Below the pieces are notes generated by a model, which did no database searches, was not told the origin of the DNA, and saw only the letters and a program-made list of their open reading frames with translations. From contig OZ316776.1 of assembly GCA_973851085.1 (NCBI GenBank), positions 2,914,001-2,978,000 on the forward strand: DNA of 64,000 nucleotides, written 5' to 3'. Of this stretch, positions 13,207 through 24,018 are shown piece by piece. Origin of the DNA: Ptychomitrium polyphyllum (lineage: Eukaryota). Position numbers and translations under genes: made by a program. Position 1 is the stretch's first letter; each line of letters opens with the position of its first letter.

Positions 13207-14550
13207 TCAAGGTTTGCTGACGAAGTTCGGTTGAAGAGTGAATGACAAAGGATTAAAGCTAAAGAAATTATCACCTCTTTGATTCACAGGCGGTTGTTCT
13301 AAGATCTCAGTTTGCATGCCACTTTGAATATCAATAACCAATCCATCACGTTTGATAGTATTGAATATACATAGCTTCCCTTTACCATATGGTACACATA
13401 TATACTCCGGGTACACAAGGAGTCCACGCCCACCAGTCGTCTTGGCTCTAATTATGTTCTTCAACTTACATGCAGCTTCTCCATTGGAGCCAGAATGGTC
13501 AAGCTCATCAATACAATGTTCGACATTGCCACCACACTCTTGCTCCGAGAATAAATATACGTTTCCACCGCTCTCAACTAGCTGGAGTAAATTCGAGTGC
13601 AAGGAGAATGGCACGAGGCAATTTCTGTCCTCCAACCATTTACCTTTCTCCACATGAAATGCTACAATACCCTTCCGGCCATCTTCCAAGAACGCAACGA
13701 AGTAGAGAATACTATCCACATACACTCCTGTTTGATGCTCGTTTAGACCAAACTCCGGCCCAGGTAAGTCGCTTGCTACATCCCACTGCGATGTTCTTGA
13801 GTCGAACACTTCCACTTTTTTTGAGAGATGCTTCTCACCCGAGCTTGAAGAACTCCCAGCAGCTATCACTTTGTATGCATCTGTTGCAGAATCAACCAAA
13901 ATATTAATGAGCACAGGATTTCTTGGATAATGCAGCGATGGCAATTGTCTTGTCTCTCCTGTCAAAGGGTTAAAGACCACCAGCTCTTCCTTGTGAGGCA
14001 ATTTGGAAACGTTCGCACACATAAGGCTGCCATTTCCACAAACTGAGTACTCCTTGAAGAGACTTGCATCTGGTGTTGGGAGGCATGAAAACGTGGGCAG
14101 CCTCGTCCATGCTTTCGACTGCAAATCAAATCCGGTGCATTGCCACGCCATGCCTTTCACAAAGAAATTGATTGCCGTGAATGAGCCTTCTCCACAATTT
14201 TCCCGCAAATGAAGGAGGGCATCATTCTGTGCAAGTTCCTCAGAAGCCTTGGACAATACTTTAGAAAGGAATAGCTCCTTAAATGGTAATCGTCGGAAAA
14301 TATTCTCTCGAATGTCAAATGGGAGGGATTCAAACGCTCTCCTTTTGATTTTACTAGAGCCATTGCGAGGTTTCTTGAATAACCTGAAAAGCTTTTGAGG
14401 TAACCGCACATTACGAAAGGCTGTCCTCAAGCACTTGAAACTTGATGCACACGAGGTTGTGAGACTGGGTACCTCTTCATTGTCAGCTCCACAGTCTTGT
14501 GAAGCAGTAACGTATTCCTGAGTGCTGCTCTTGCCAAAGCACTTAGGCAT
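13207..14550 (-). CDS. F-box protein with kelch-like beta-propeller
   Basis: F-box (FESLPFDIRENIFRRLPFKELFLSK) followed by 'LVVFNPLTGETRQLPSL', 'YKVIAAG', 'VEVFDSRTSQW'. First in-frame ATG is 14550, but the frame stays open upstream to ~14832, so the start is uncertain. Confidence 0.85.
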   Translation of the reverse strand: MPKCFGKSSTQEYVTASQDCGADNEEVPSLTTSCASSFKCLRTAFRNVRLPQKLFRLFKKPRNGSSKIKRRAFESLPFDIRENIFRRLPFKELFLSKVLSKASEELAQNDALLHLRENCGEGSFTAINFFVKGMAWQCTGFDLQSKAWTRLPTFSCLPTPDASLFKEYSVCGNGSLMCANVSKLPHKEELVVFNPLTGETRQLPSLHYPRNPVLINILVDSATDAYKVIAAGSSSSSGEKHLSKKVEVFDSRTSQWDVASDLPGPEFGLNEHQTGVYVDSILYFVAFLEDGRKGIVAFHVEKGKWLEDRNCLVPFSLHSNLLQLVESGGNVYLFSEQECGGNVEHCIDELDHSGSNGEAACKLKNIIRAKTTGGRGLLVYPEYICVPYGKGKLCIFNTIKRDGLVIDIQSGMQTEILEQPPVNQRGDNFFSFNPLSFTLQPNFVSKP

Positions 14551-17260
14551 TCCAATATCGCAGCTGCAAATGCTGGTACCAAAAGTGAACTTGTCACTTC
14601 CTTCTCCGTCACGAGAAGCGATGACACCAATGTGACCACAAGCACTCTCACACCACTTCTCCTCTGCTGTGAGCGCTATTCTTCTGCTCCGTTTTGGTGA
14701 GGTAATTGTTAAAACAGCATTCTCTTTTAGGCGCTTCAGCGGTAACGTCTCCGGCGACACTTTAGCAGACCTGGGAAACTTTAAACTCTGGTGAATCCCG
14801 CCCCGCGGAGTTGGCCGTAATGTTCCTGTTAATCATCCCTCGCACCTTCTCAAAAAACAAACAGATTCAATCGTTAAGTACTTAGCTGAAACTCTCTGAA
14901 CGAAGCATGAATTTGGATAAAGGCAAGATAATCAAAACAACTTGGCTGAAGCGACGTGAACTATGCCTTACAGATATTTTACCAATTAAGAATGATTTCA
15001 AAAACTCAAGTTCTCATTACAATCATTCCGCTTGTACTAACGAACCTAGAACAATCCGCTCAACCAACATGTTAGCAATTCAGCTAGAGCATGTGAGCAG
15101 AAAATCGTAAGCATATCCACACCAACTTGAAAGAAGAGGCTACAATACTACCTGGGGCAAGGACTGGTGCAGAAATAGATGGCCTCCAAATCTGTCCACC
15201 GACTTATACAATCGCAATGGCACTCCACGGAAAAGCTGAGAGAGCCAGCTTCTCCTCCCAACACAATGTAAGTTAACAAGATGAATAGGCAATGCGAAGC
15301 AAATTTGACAAAGAACTGCAGTTGTATTCCGATCACGCGAGTTTATATTGCTCAGTCGAAGCCAAGTCTGTCGACGTTCACAGTTCGTACAGACCGAAGA
15401 TCCTGAAGATTAGTGTGAAACTTGAGTTTTCACTAGACAAATCAAACCTTTTAAAGAAAAAGTGCTTGATATGAAAATATACAGCCCACATTATAAATCT
15501 GCTGCACGAAATTGCACGGTTTTCTGTTTTCAACAAGTTGGTGTTTATATTATGGGTATGGTAACTAGCCACTCATTGTAGGTAAACGGTACAGACAAGC
15601 AGGGAATTGGTATCTGCGTGTTAGAATTTAGTAGATTTGTTGTATACAGACTTTGTTCTGGTGGTCCCCATGTGAGAACTGTTGAACATTGTAATATTTC
15701 CATGGAGCTTTTACTTGAAATGATCCAAGTTGGAGAGGTCAGCACGGATTTCAAGGTCCATACAAATGTCCAACTCACAGTACTGCACACTACTGCAAAG
15801 TAATTGCAAACTGTTGCCGGGCTACCAGGTGAAGTGTTCATAATTGAATAGAATCATTGGTGAAAGCATTGGCACTGTTTTGTTGAATTTACAAGAAGCA
15901 GAACATATGCTCTAGTCCAAGCAATTTTTTGTGGATGTGAAATCTACTTGAAATCCTACATGACAAGCATGGATCCTCAAAAAGTTGCTAAGAATAGGAA
16001 CCCACTCTAGTCTCCAAATTTTTGGAGCCTTTAATATCTTATTTTAAGGAAATTGTTTTTGACAATCGACAACTTTTAGGTTTTTAATTCTTTTATATAT
16101 ATCTCTTGGACTTTGATATTTACATTTATTATTGTTCTCATATTCTTTTCACTGGGTTTACACGTAAACTTTGGACCACACTCCACCAAAAACTTTCTTA
16201 TTTGGTGGACTGTACCTCACTTACAATAGTCCCATCCTTCAAGCAGGGTACCACTTCTATCTTTAGGTTGGAGCCCGAGCTATGTAAACAGGCCATTAGT
16301 TTAGCGCTTGCAATTCCTATTGTGATTGATGGAAGATTGTTCGCATGCTGCTGGTTCGCTATTACTAGTATGCTTTTCTATGGAATCCATTACGAATCTT
16401 ATCTGCTTAAACGAGCACTTTAATTTTATCAGCCACGAGAAAGGTCGACAATGGAAATTCTCGTTCTCATTGCTCACCGATACATCAGTTCAATGGATAT
16501 ACTTCTTATCCTGGATTCTTCAAATGAGTGCAGCTACGTTTATTGGTATTACTTGAGGTCAAGCGTCAGGTGATACCGGTATTGCTTCCATATCAAACGA
16601 CTAATGATGTATGCGCTGCGGTGCATGTTTGAATTCCCTCAAGAGTGCTTGACTCTGTGGTCTGATATTGATCAACTCCAGGTTTGAAAAACAGCATATT
16701 CCTCACTACGAATATAAATGGGAGGGCAATGGGCATGCCAGCAGAACGCAACCCCACTTACCGGTGCAATAACGACCTAATCAATACAGAACCCTGAGAA
16801 AACTGTCGGAAAACTCTCTCAAATTTCACTACTATGTTATGCTGCATGAATAGCGCAAAGGTAAAGACAGAATTTGTAACACATAAAACAGAAATGACTC
16901 GGTGCGATGCACCCAGAAATGCCGCCTCACAACAACAAGAGCTACAGAACAAAGCCGATGATCATACCAAAGATTATCTGGCTCTCGATGCCTCCTCCAG
17001 CATTTGTGGACGAAGAAGACGAGATGATTTCATGAGTGGCCGAGGTGGCCACTGGCCATAATATTTACAGAGACGGGGCCGTCCCCCCTCACTATCTCCC
17101 ACCGTTCTTGCTAAGAAATTTAAAATTAGGTACTAAATGACGGTAGCCGAAGTAGCACTTGTCCCAATCTGCATAGATCCCTTCGATGATGGATGCAACG
17201 TTGCAAACCACCTCCTAATGCAAGATGTGCAGTGAAGATACCGAGATTCTTGTATATGCA

Positions 17261-19268
17261 TCACGAGGTGAGACTTCCCTGTAGTCTTCTTGTCAGCTCC
17301 GCCCTGAACCCAAGTGCATGACAATGTCACGAAAACGCAACAGAGACAAAGATCAATTTACACAGCGTGCGAACAAGAACCTCCCATTCATTGTGGCTGA
17401 TTGTTGTTGCAATAACTAAGTTGCTAATAGGAAAAAAAAACCAGCTAAATCTTTGAAAGAGAAGTCAAGTGCAACAAGATGGGAATCAAAACAATGTATG
17501 ACAATATTTTCGAACGCAAAACATAAGATATACATCGCACCTGAGGCACCGACGATCAATGGCTGTATTGCCTAGAAGACCACGATTCTCCTCCGCACGT
17601 CTGACAATGAATGGAATAAAATCGGGAACAGACCCGAATGGTAGCACCTTGCTCACACGGAAGCCAGCATACACCAGCGATAAGGACAGCACATCGGCCA
17701 TTCCTTTAAGCTGCGCAAACTGTATGCGTGGGTTTTCTCGCGACAAACCCAGCTCTTGGACTTTAGCTGCTGCTGCCTGACCTACAATCACCGATTGTAA
17801 CTTCTCAGTACACGACAACGATAAGTCTAAGTTGACAATCCAGATATGAAATGCCATGACCTGTTATCGTAAAATATGATTCAGCACAAGAATTCTGGTT
17901 TGTATTTAGGTTACAAAATGACAAAGAAATTCAGCTTGAGATTGTCAACAGTATGATTAGTAACTCACCGGAGTTCATATTGTGAGTTGCAAGCACCACC
18001 GATCCATCACCTGAAGCTGCCTGTTCCAGCATAAACGCAGCACAAGAGTTGTAACATCTATGTGTTGCTTCAATGTCCGGGTGAATTGGAGAAGGAACCC
18101 CCAAAGCAGCTGCTAACGCATTCTCTCGAGAAATGTAGGCTCCGCGAACGATTTTCACACCATATGATAGTCCCCTCTGATGAGAGCATTTCACTACCAT
18201 CCTGAGGCGGGGGAAGGAATCTTTTAAATAGGTTTGCATGGTTCCATAAACCAGAGGGTGGCTATGTCGGTTGAATTCGCTGGCAGCTACATGGATGAAA
18301 TAATCAACCGCTGGTTGTATTAGAGAATATTCAGCGTCTACAAGCAGAGGAATACCTTCAGATTCACAACTCCGGCAGAGTTTTTTCAGACGGTTGTGGG
18401 CAATAGTCAAATGCTTCTCTTCCTCTTCTGTTAAAGGTTGCGGAGGGGACTGTACTTGATACGTCGGACTCCCTTCTGCAAGGACGGGGATTACATCTTG
18501 CTTCCACGGCAGATTGAAATCCTTATTTACATGCTGCCACCGCAATAAATTACTCATGCGCTCCAGGATATCGACGGTGCAAATGGCAGAGATCTTCACA
18601 CAAACACTGCTCACCTGATTGAAAACCATTGCAAGCATTGAGTTCATAGCATCTCATAAAGGCTGTAGCCACTGAGAGAAACGAAGCATAAATTCTTAGG
18701 CAAAGGATCTAGAAGTTATAGTACATCCTCAAAAAGCAAGCATGGATGGTCTTACAGAGTCCGGCGGCAGCTGACTGGTCTGCCTAACAACTTGCAAAAA
18801 CTTCTCAAGATTTTCGTCACAAGATTCACTGTCTGTTGCATCTTCAAGGCCATAGGTCATAATGCCGCGTAACCCGAGCTGCCACATTCTTGTCAGCGTC
18901 CTCGATGCTTCTTCAACATTCTCGCCAGCACAGAAATGTGAGTAAGCAGTTCGTTTCAGAACGGGTAAAACCGCACCCCTAAACAAAGGAGACTTCATTG
19001 AGTTCGACTTCAGAATCTTGATGCTTAAATCCACTACGGGCTCATACGCAACCAACTGAAGATTCAAAAGCGATTTGAGTAGCTCCTTCGATGTCAACTT
19101 CGCACACAACTCTTCTCCTTTGTCACTCTGTAATATGTCTCCCGAAGTGTTCTGCGTTGTAAAAAGATCCGCCTTCGTTGTCACTCCTCTCGCATCAGGT
19201 TGTGTCTTCCCCAAGCCCTTGCACGCCGAGGATAGCCGCACGAAGGTCCCAGCCTTGCGCCATGCCAT
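17261..19268 (-). CDS. PRODH: Proline dehydrogenase (mitochondrial); exons 19268-18756, 18614-17969, 17781-17541, 17303-17261
   Basis: Motifs HFCAGE, CVKISA, LLVDAEYS.IQP, GVKIVRGAY, VLATHN, FAQLKGM, RRAEENRG, ending LRAELTRRL. All three introns are GT-AG and keep phase. Confidence 0.95.
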
Positions 19269-22200
19269 TTTCTGAAATCACATAAACCGTTAATTCCAGA
19301 ACGAAATTTATAATCGGTCAAGAATTAGAACGCCCTATCAACCACAGAATCCAAATAGCAACAAATTTCAGAAACTCCGGCCTCTTTGGTAAGGACAGCG
19401 AGAATAAAACATCTGTGCTCATTTCAACAATTTCTAATCTCTAATAAAAAATCGTACTCTCTCCTTCACGGCAAAAGCACTTCAGAGGAAAATCTGGTGC
19501 ATTTGAGGTCCGAAACCAATTCACACGCAAAAACTAAACTCGCAGCTGCGGAATAGTAACCCTCTGCTTTCTCAACGAAATCATTCCTGCGATAGGACGA
19601 TTAGAACTCCTGTCTAATCACGGGCAGAAATATTCCTGCAATAACTACTTCGAAGCACCTAATCCGCCTCTCAATCTGCATGGCCCAGAACAAAGTCTAA
19701 CTAACTTCTCCAGTTTCTTGAACAAAGCTACACAGAATCGATGCATCCAACTTGCTTCTTAACCAAATCACGCGTACTAACTGAACTTCCAGAGCCTCTA
19801 CAGAGAACTTCTACAAACTTCTCCTGCAACAACGCAACTAAGAGCTCTGTTATCAATCACGGACAAACGTTTAGACGTTGCTTCCTAGCAACACATAACC
19901 GCGATCCGCGCCTCTCGGCTCGCAAGAACTGGAACAACAACAGAGTCCACCTAAGCTTTCGTATTCGTGGACGAAGCTGTGAACAAGACGAAAAACCTGA
20001 GCACACGGAGTCCGCAACTGCGATGGCGTATGGAGAAAGCAGCGCACCACAGCGCCCGTGTGCTGTGCAAACGGAGTGAAAAAATTTGTGGCGCAATACA
20101 GACAAGAATTGGCAGAACATTCGTCACCCTCCGGAAGAAGGGCTTCGTTCACGGCACATTCGAACATGTCGGTACTTAGGTGGTATCCGTTTCCATTTGT
20201 GTGATACCCTGTGAAACCATGTTGACACTATGTGCATACCTGTGTAATAAATAGGCTATACATTAGTACTAGAAATGACGAATTAACATGCACGGGAGTG
20301 TGGAATCTTTTGGGCCGTCGCCATTTCCCGGAATAGCTTTCGGATTAAAAGGTGCGTGGTACTTTCTGGCGTTCATATCGATGCTGGTAACTTTGGAGTG
20401 GAGAATTCAGATAACCTCGCGTTGTAGATTATACCTAGAAGTAGCTGTTGTTTTGTAAAATGCTTTCTAGTCTATACTGCAGGGATTTTTTCCTTTTTTT
20501 TCGTTTTAAAGGAAATGATGGAGTAGCAACAGAATATGTTCTGGTGTATTTGTGTGTTCGTTTGTGTTTTGGTTGGATCTTTCTTATCATTCGTATATAT
20601 ACACTATATTCATGCAAATTTGGAATTTTATCAAAGTTCAAGGTAAAAGTAAATATACAAGTCGTTTTGGTATTTTAGGTTTTTAAAAAAGTTTAAAGGC
20701 TACAAATTCTTTCCAAAGAGATTTATTTTATTAAAGATAGAAAGAATGTATACCAAACCATCAATCTAAATTCATATATTTCAGCACTCAATATCGCATG
20801 TTTTTGATACCATATACTATTAACTTTTTTACATTCTATAATAAGAAATAAATTGCTTTAATCATTAAAAAATGCTATGTGTAATGTGAATAGGATTGGA
20901 TTTTTTGAAATTATGATGTTATAGTTGTTGAATGTAACTATGATGTAAGTAATGAATGATGAGACATGAGATGTGAGCATTCACCACTAAGGGATGAGCA
21001 GTGAGCATTAAAATGCAAGTTTTTAGACATTATATTGAAAATGACAAAATTTTCTACATTGTACATTTAAAAATTTGGAGAATATTGACAAATTAGTGAG
21101 AGATTATATCATGAGAAGAAAAAATGAGGATGATAAAAGAAAAAGACCTAAAACTGTGGATATATTTTCATTGTAAATAAAATTGTTGACAAAGGCAACT
21201 ATAAATTGAAACCCATGTTTATAAGTGCACTTAATTCTATAGTTAATTGTAAAAGAGAAACAATATAATGTGGAAGGCAATGGAAATTGTTTTAGAGCAC
21301 CACAACATTAAATTCTTCAACTTACGCAATACCCATAATTCAAGCACTTATATCACTTCAAAAAAGCTAAATGTGGAGCTATGTATAAAAGAAAGGGTGG
21401 TATACTTTAACTTGCTATAATTCTTGAAGACATAATATAGGTGCTTATATGGAATCCACTTGTTGAACCTCCCTAGGATTGCCATTCCATCTTCTTGAAA
21501 TTTGGGTAAGTATCAGCCAGACAAGAGTTAAGTGTAATAGGATAAAATTGCATAGAGTTGGAAACAAGGGTGATGATGACACCATATTTTGGATGGAGAA
21601 TGGCCATAACACACGTGACGTAGCAACCGTCCATAAACGCAATACTTTCTTACTTATTCCTATGATTTATAGTGGAACTGCTATTTATGCAACAAACCTT
21701 CTTACTGTGCCATTGTATTGAATGTGCCATGGAAGCTTTAAGAATGCAAAATTCAAATTTAAGAATGGGCAAGTTGGAAATGGACATGAACATCTAATGC
21801 AATGCCATAATATTAGGCTGTTGCAATTAAAAATTGGCGTCATCTAAAACAAGTACTTCTTCACAATTCAGATTAGTTCCAAGTTTCATTAGTTAAGTAA
21901 TGGGGATGGGAAGAAAGTCAATAGCACAACTTCTACAATTAGATCCTTGAATACAATAATGAATGTTGTTAGAACAGAAACAAAATTTTGTTTGTGCTTT
22001 TTTTTTGGAATAATAGTCAAATTTATTACCAAAGAATGTAGGACAAGAAGTACTATGAAGGTTCTTGTTTATGATAGTCTTGCAAGGCTTTTAAGTAATA
22101 ACTTGTAGTGCTTGGTAGGCCTTGCAGTAAGTTATAGGAAGCCTAGCAATGTGCCACTTTGTTGCATTGTAATCCGTTTTATGGACAACAATTGTGTGAG

Positions 22201-23025
22201 TAACTCCGTGTAATAGATTTTGAAGGCATTCCTCAATTTGTGACTTTGTTGACCTTATGGTTGGAAATGGAATAAATTAATTTATAATATTAGGATTATA
22301 TAAGTCAAATTCCAAATCAGAAGCCATACTCAACTTTTGCTTTATTATACCATAAATCTTTGCGCTTTAAAAAGGAATTAAATGAGTTGTAAGATTGCCA
22401 CTACCGAAAATAGATTCTATAACTTCTTGAAGGAACTTGGGATTTCTAGAGTGTGCAATGGCTTTTAATTTGAGGAAGGCATGATTTGGACCTTTTCTAG
22501 AGGGACCACTTTTTATCATACTTTAATGGTTGGTGACTTGGATGAAGGCTTGTATCATGTCATTAAGAATAACTTGATAAATATAAGTAATTTTTTTTCT
22601 TAATTGCATGAATCATTTGTGGTAGATAGTCTTTGCATAGTTGCAAGAGAGCATCTCAACCTTCAAAGTTGGTACTAAGATTTTGTAGAAATCTAAGGTT
22701 AAAGTTAACAAAGCAAGGATGGTAAGAAATGTGAATTTGACATAGTTTGTGTGAATTGGAACTTATACAAATCATGTGTCTTCTTTATTGCTTATAGCAA
22801 AAATATCAAAAATTGAGCCATTAAAAAAGGCGGCCATGCTTTCTTTTGCAATTGCACCAAAAATTGTCTACCAATTTTGATCCACCAATCTCAAATGGCC
22901 TATTGTTTAACATCAGCGTCTTCTTGAGTGCTTGCATTCTTATAGATTTTGCAAAATTTCTTAAATTAGAATTATAATGAAGGAATGATATACTTTTGAG
23001 AATATTTGTCGCAACCCTTATAATG

Positions 23026-23671
23026 TGTCACAAATATAGATCATGCAACATTGTCCTTAGAACATCCTAGAACCTTCCACTATATTATAATAGCTTCTTA
23101 GAATACTTTTAAATGTCTCCATAGCCTTTTCATGTTTTTAGGAAGCTTCATTAGAAAGTTCCTCCACCTTAGGAAATTTCCTAGGAAGGTCCTATCATCT
23201 TAGGTAACTTCTTAGGAACCTTCCTATAAAGATTCCATCACCTTAGGATATTTCTTAGGAAGGTTTCATCATTTCAGGAAGCTTCCTAAGAAAGTTCTTT
23301 CACCTTAGGAAATTTCTTAGGAAGGTTCTACCTCTTTAGGAAATTTCCTAAGAAGATTCCGTTACCTTAGGAAACTTCCATGGAAGGTTCCAACATCTTA
23401 GGAAACTTCTTGAGAAGATTCCCTACACTTCTATAACATTTTTAAGCCTTGTAAGTAGCTTCTTTAAAAATATTCTAGGAGAAACAAACGTCATAGTATA
23501 AATAGGAGGCAAGACAAGGTATTTTTTAATCTTGCCAACATAAGTTGTCGATCATCTTGAATCCTGCCTTATTCTAGTCCTTGTATCAAATTCTTGTTAA
23601 TCATTAGTTCTTTGGAAGCTAATTCTTGGAAAACATTTCGTTTCTGCTTCTTGTTTCTTGTGTCTCTAACA
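23026..23671 (+). repeat. 5' LTR (646 bp)
   Basis: TGTCA...TAACA termini, TATAAATA at 23497, nine ~31-bp internal repeats; aligns by eye with 29043-29552. Confidence 0.9.
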
Positions 23672-23673
23672 AT

Positions 23674-23685
23674 TTGGCAAGACTA
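23674..23685 (+). promoter_or_regulatory. Primer-binding site of self-priming type (TTGGCAAGACTA)
   Basis: Lies 2 nt after the 5' LTR. Complementary to the LTR segment 30 nt after the TATA start (TAGTCTTGCCAA at 29408-29419). Does not match the iMet PBS TGGTATCAGAGC. Confidence 0.75.
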
Positions 23686-24018
23686 CTCTTCATCTTTGTC
23701 AGAGCTAAGGTTCTTTGAAGAAGATTGTGGATTACTCATCTTCTTGAGGATTCCATAGCGTCTTAGAGGTTGCGGATTACTCTCTTCTAAGCTGGCACCA
23801 TAGAGTTGGTATCTCCTTTTAGAACCAAGTATTACTTCTTTCAAAGGACGTGGATTTTCCTCCTTTGAAGGTACTCATAGTCTTTCTGTCTTTGAGAGTC
23901 TTAAGAAATGGATAACGTGCCTGGAACATCAGAGAATAGGTTTGCAACTATTGTAAACCTTTAAGAATTATTAAACACAGTTTGAACAAAACTTGCCCGT
24001 TTTAATACCACCAACAAT

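Noticed and set aside
19741..20179. Overlapping short ORFs upstream of PRODH as conserved uORFs
   Set aside because: Likely 5' UTR/promoter sequence; no similarity to a conserved peptide uORF that I recognise, and I saw no clear ACTCAT proline-response element.
20700..23000. AT-rich DNA as a DNA-transposon (MULE/hAT/Helitron) remnant, together with 33000-37300
   Set aside because: Probably TE-derived, but I could not identify convincing termini, a TSD or transposase motifs.
23137..23425. CRISPR-like appearance of regularly spaced palindromic repeats (also 32660-32890)
   Set aside because: Units are contiguous with no unique spacers, lie inside LTRs, and there are no cas genes; the context is eukaryotic.
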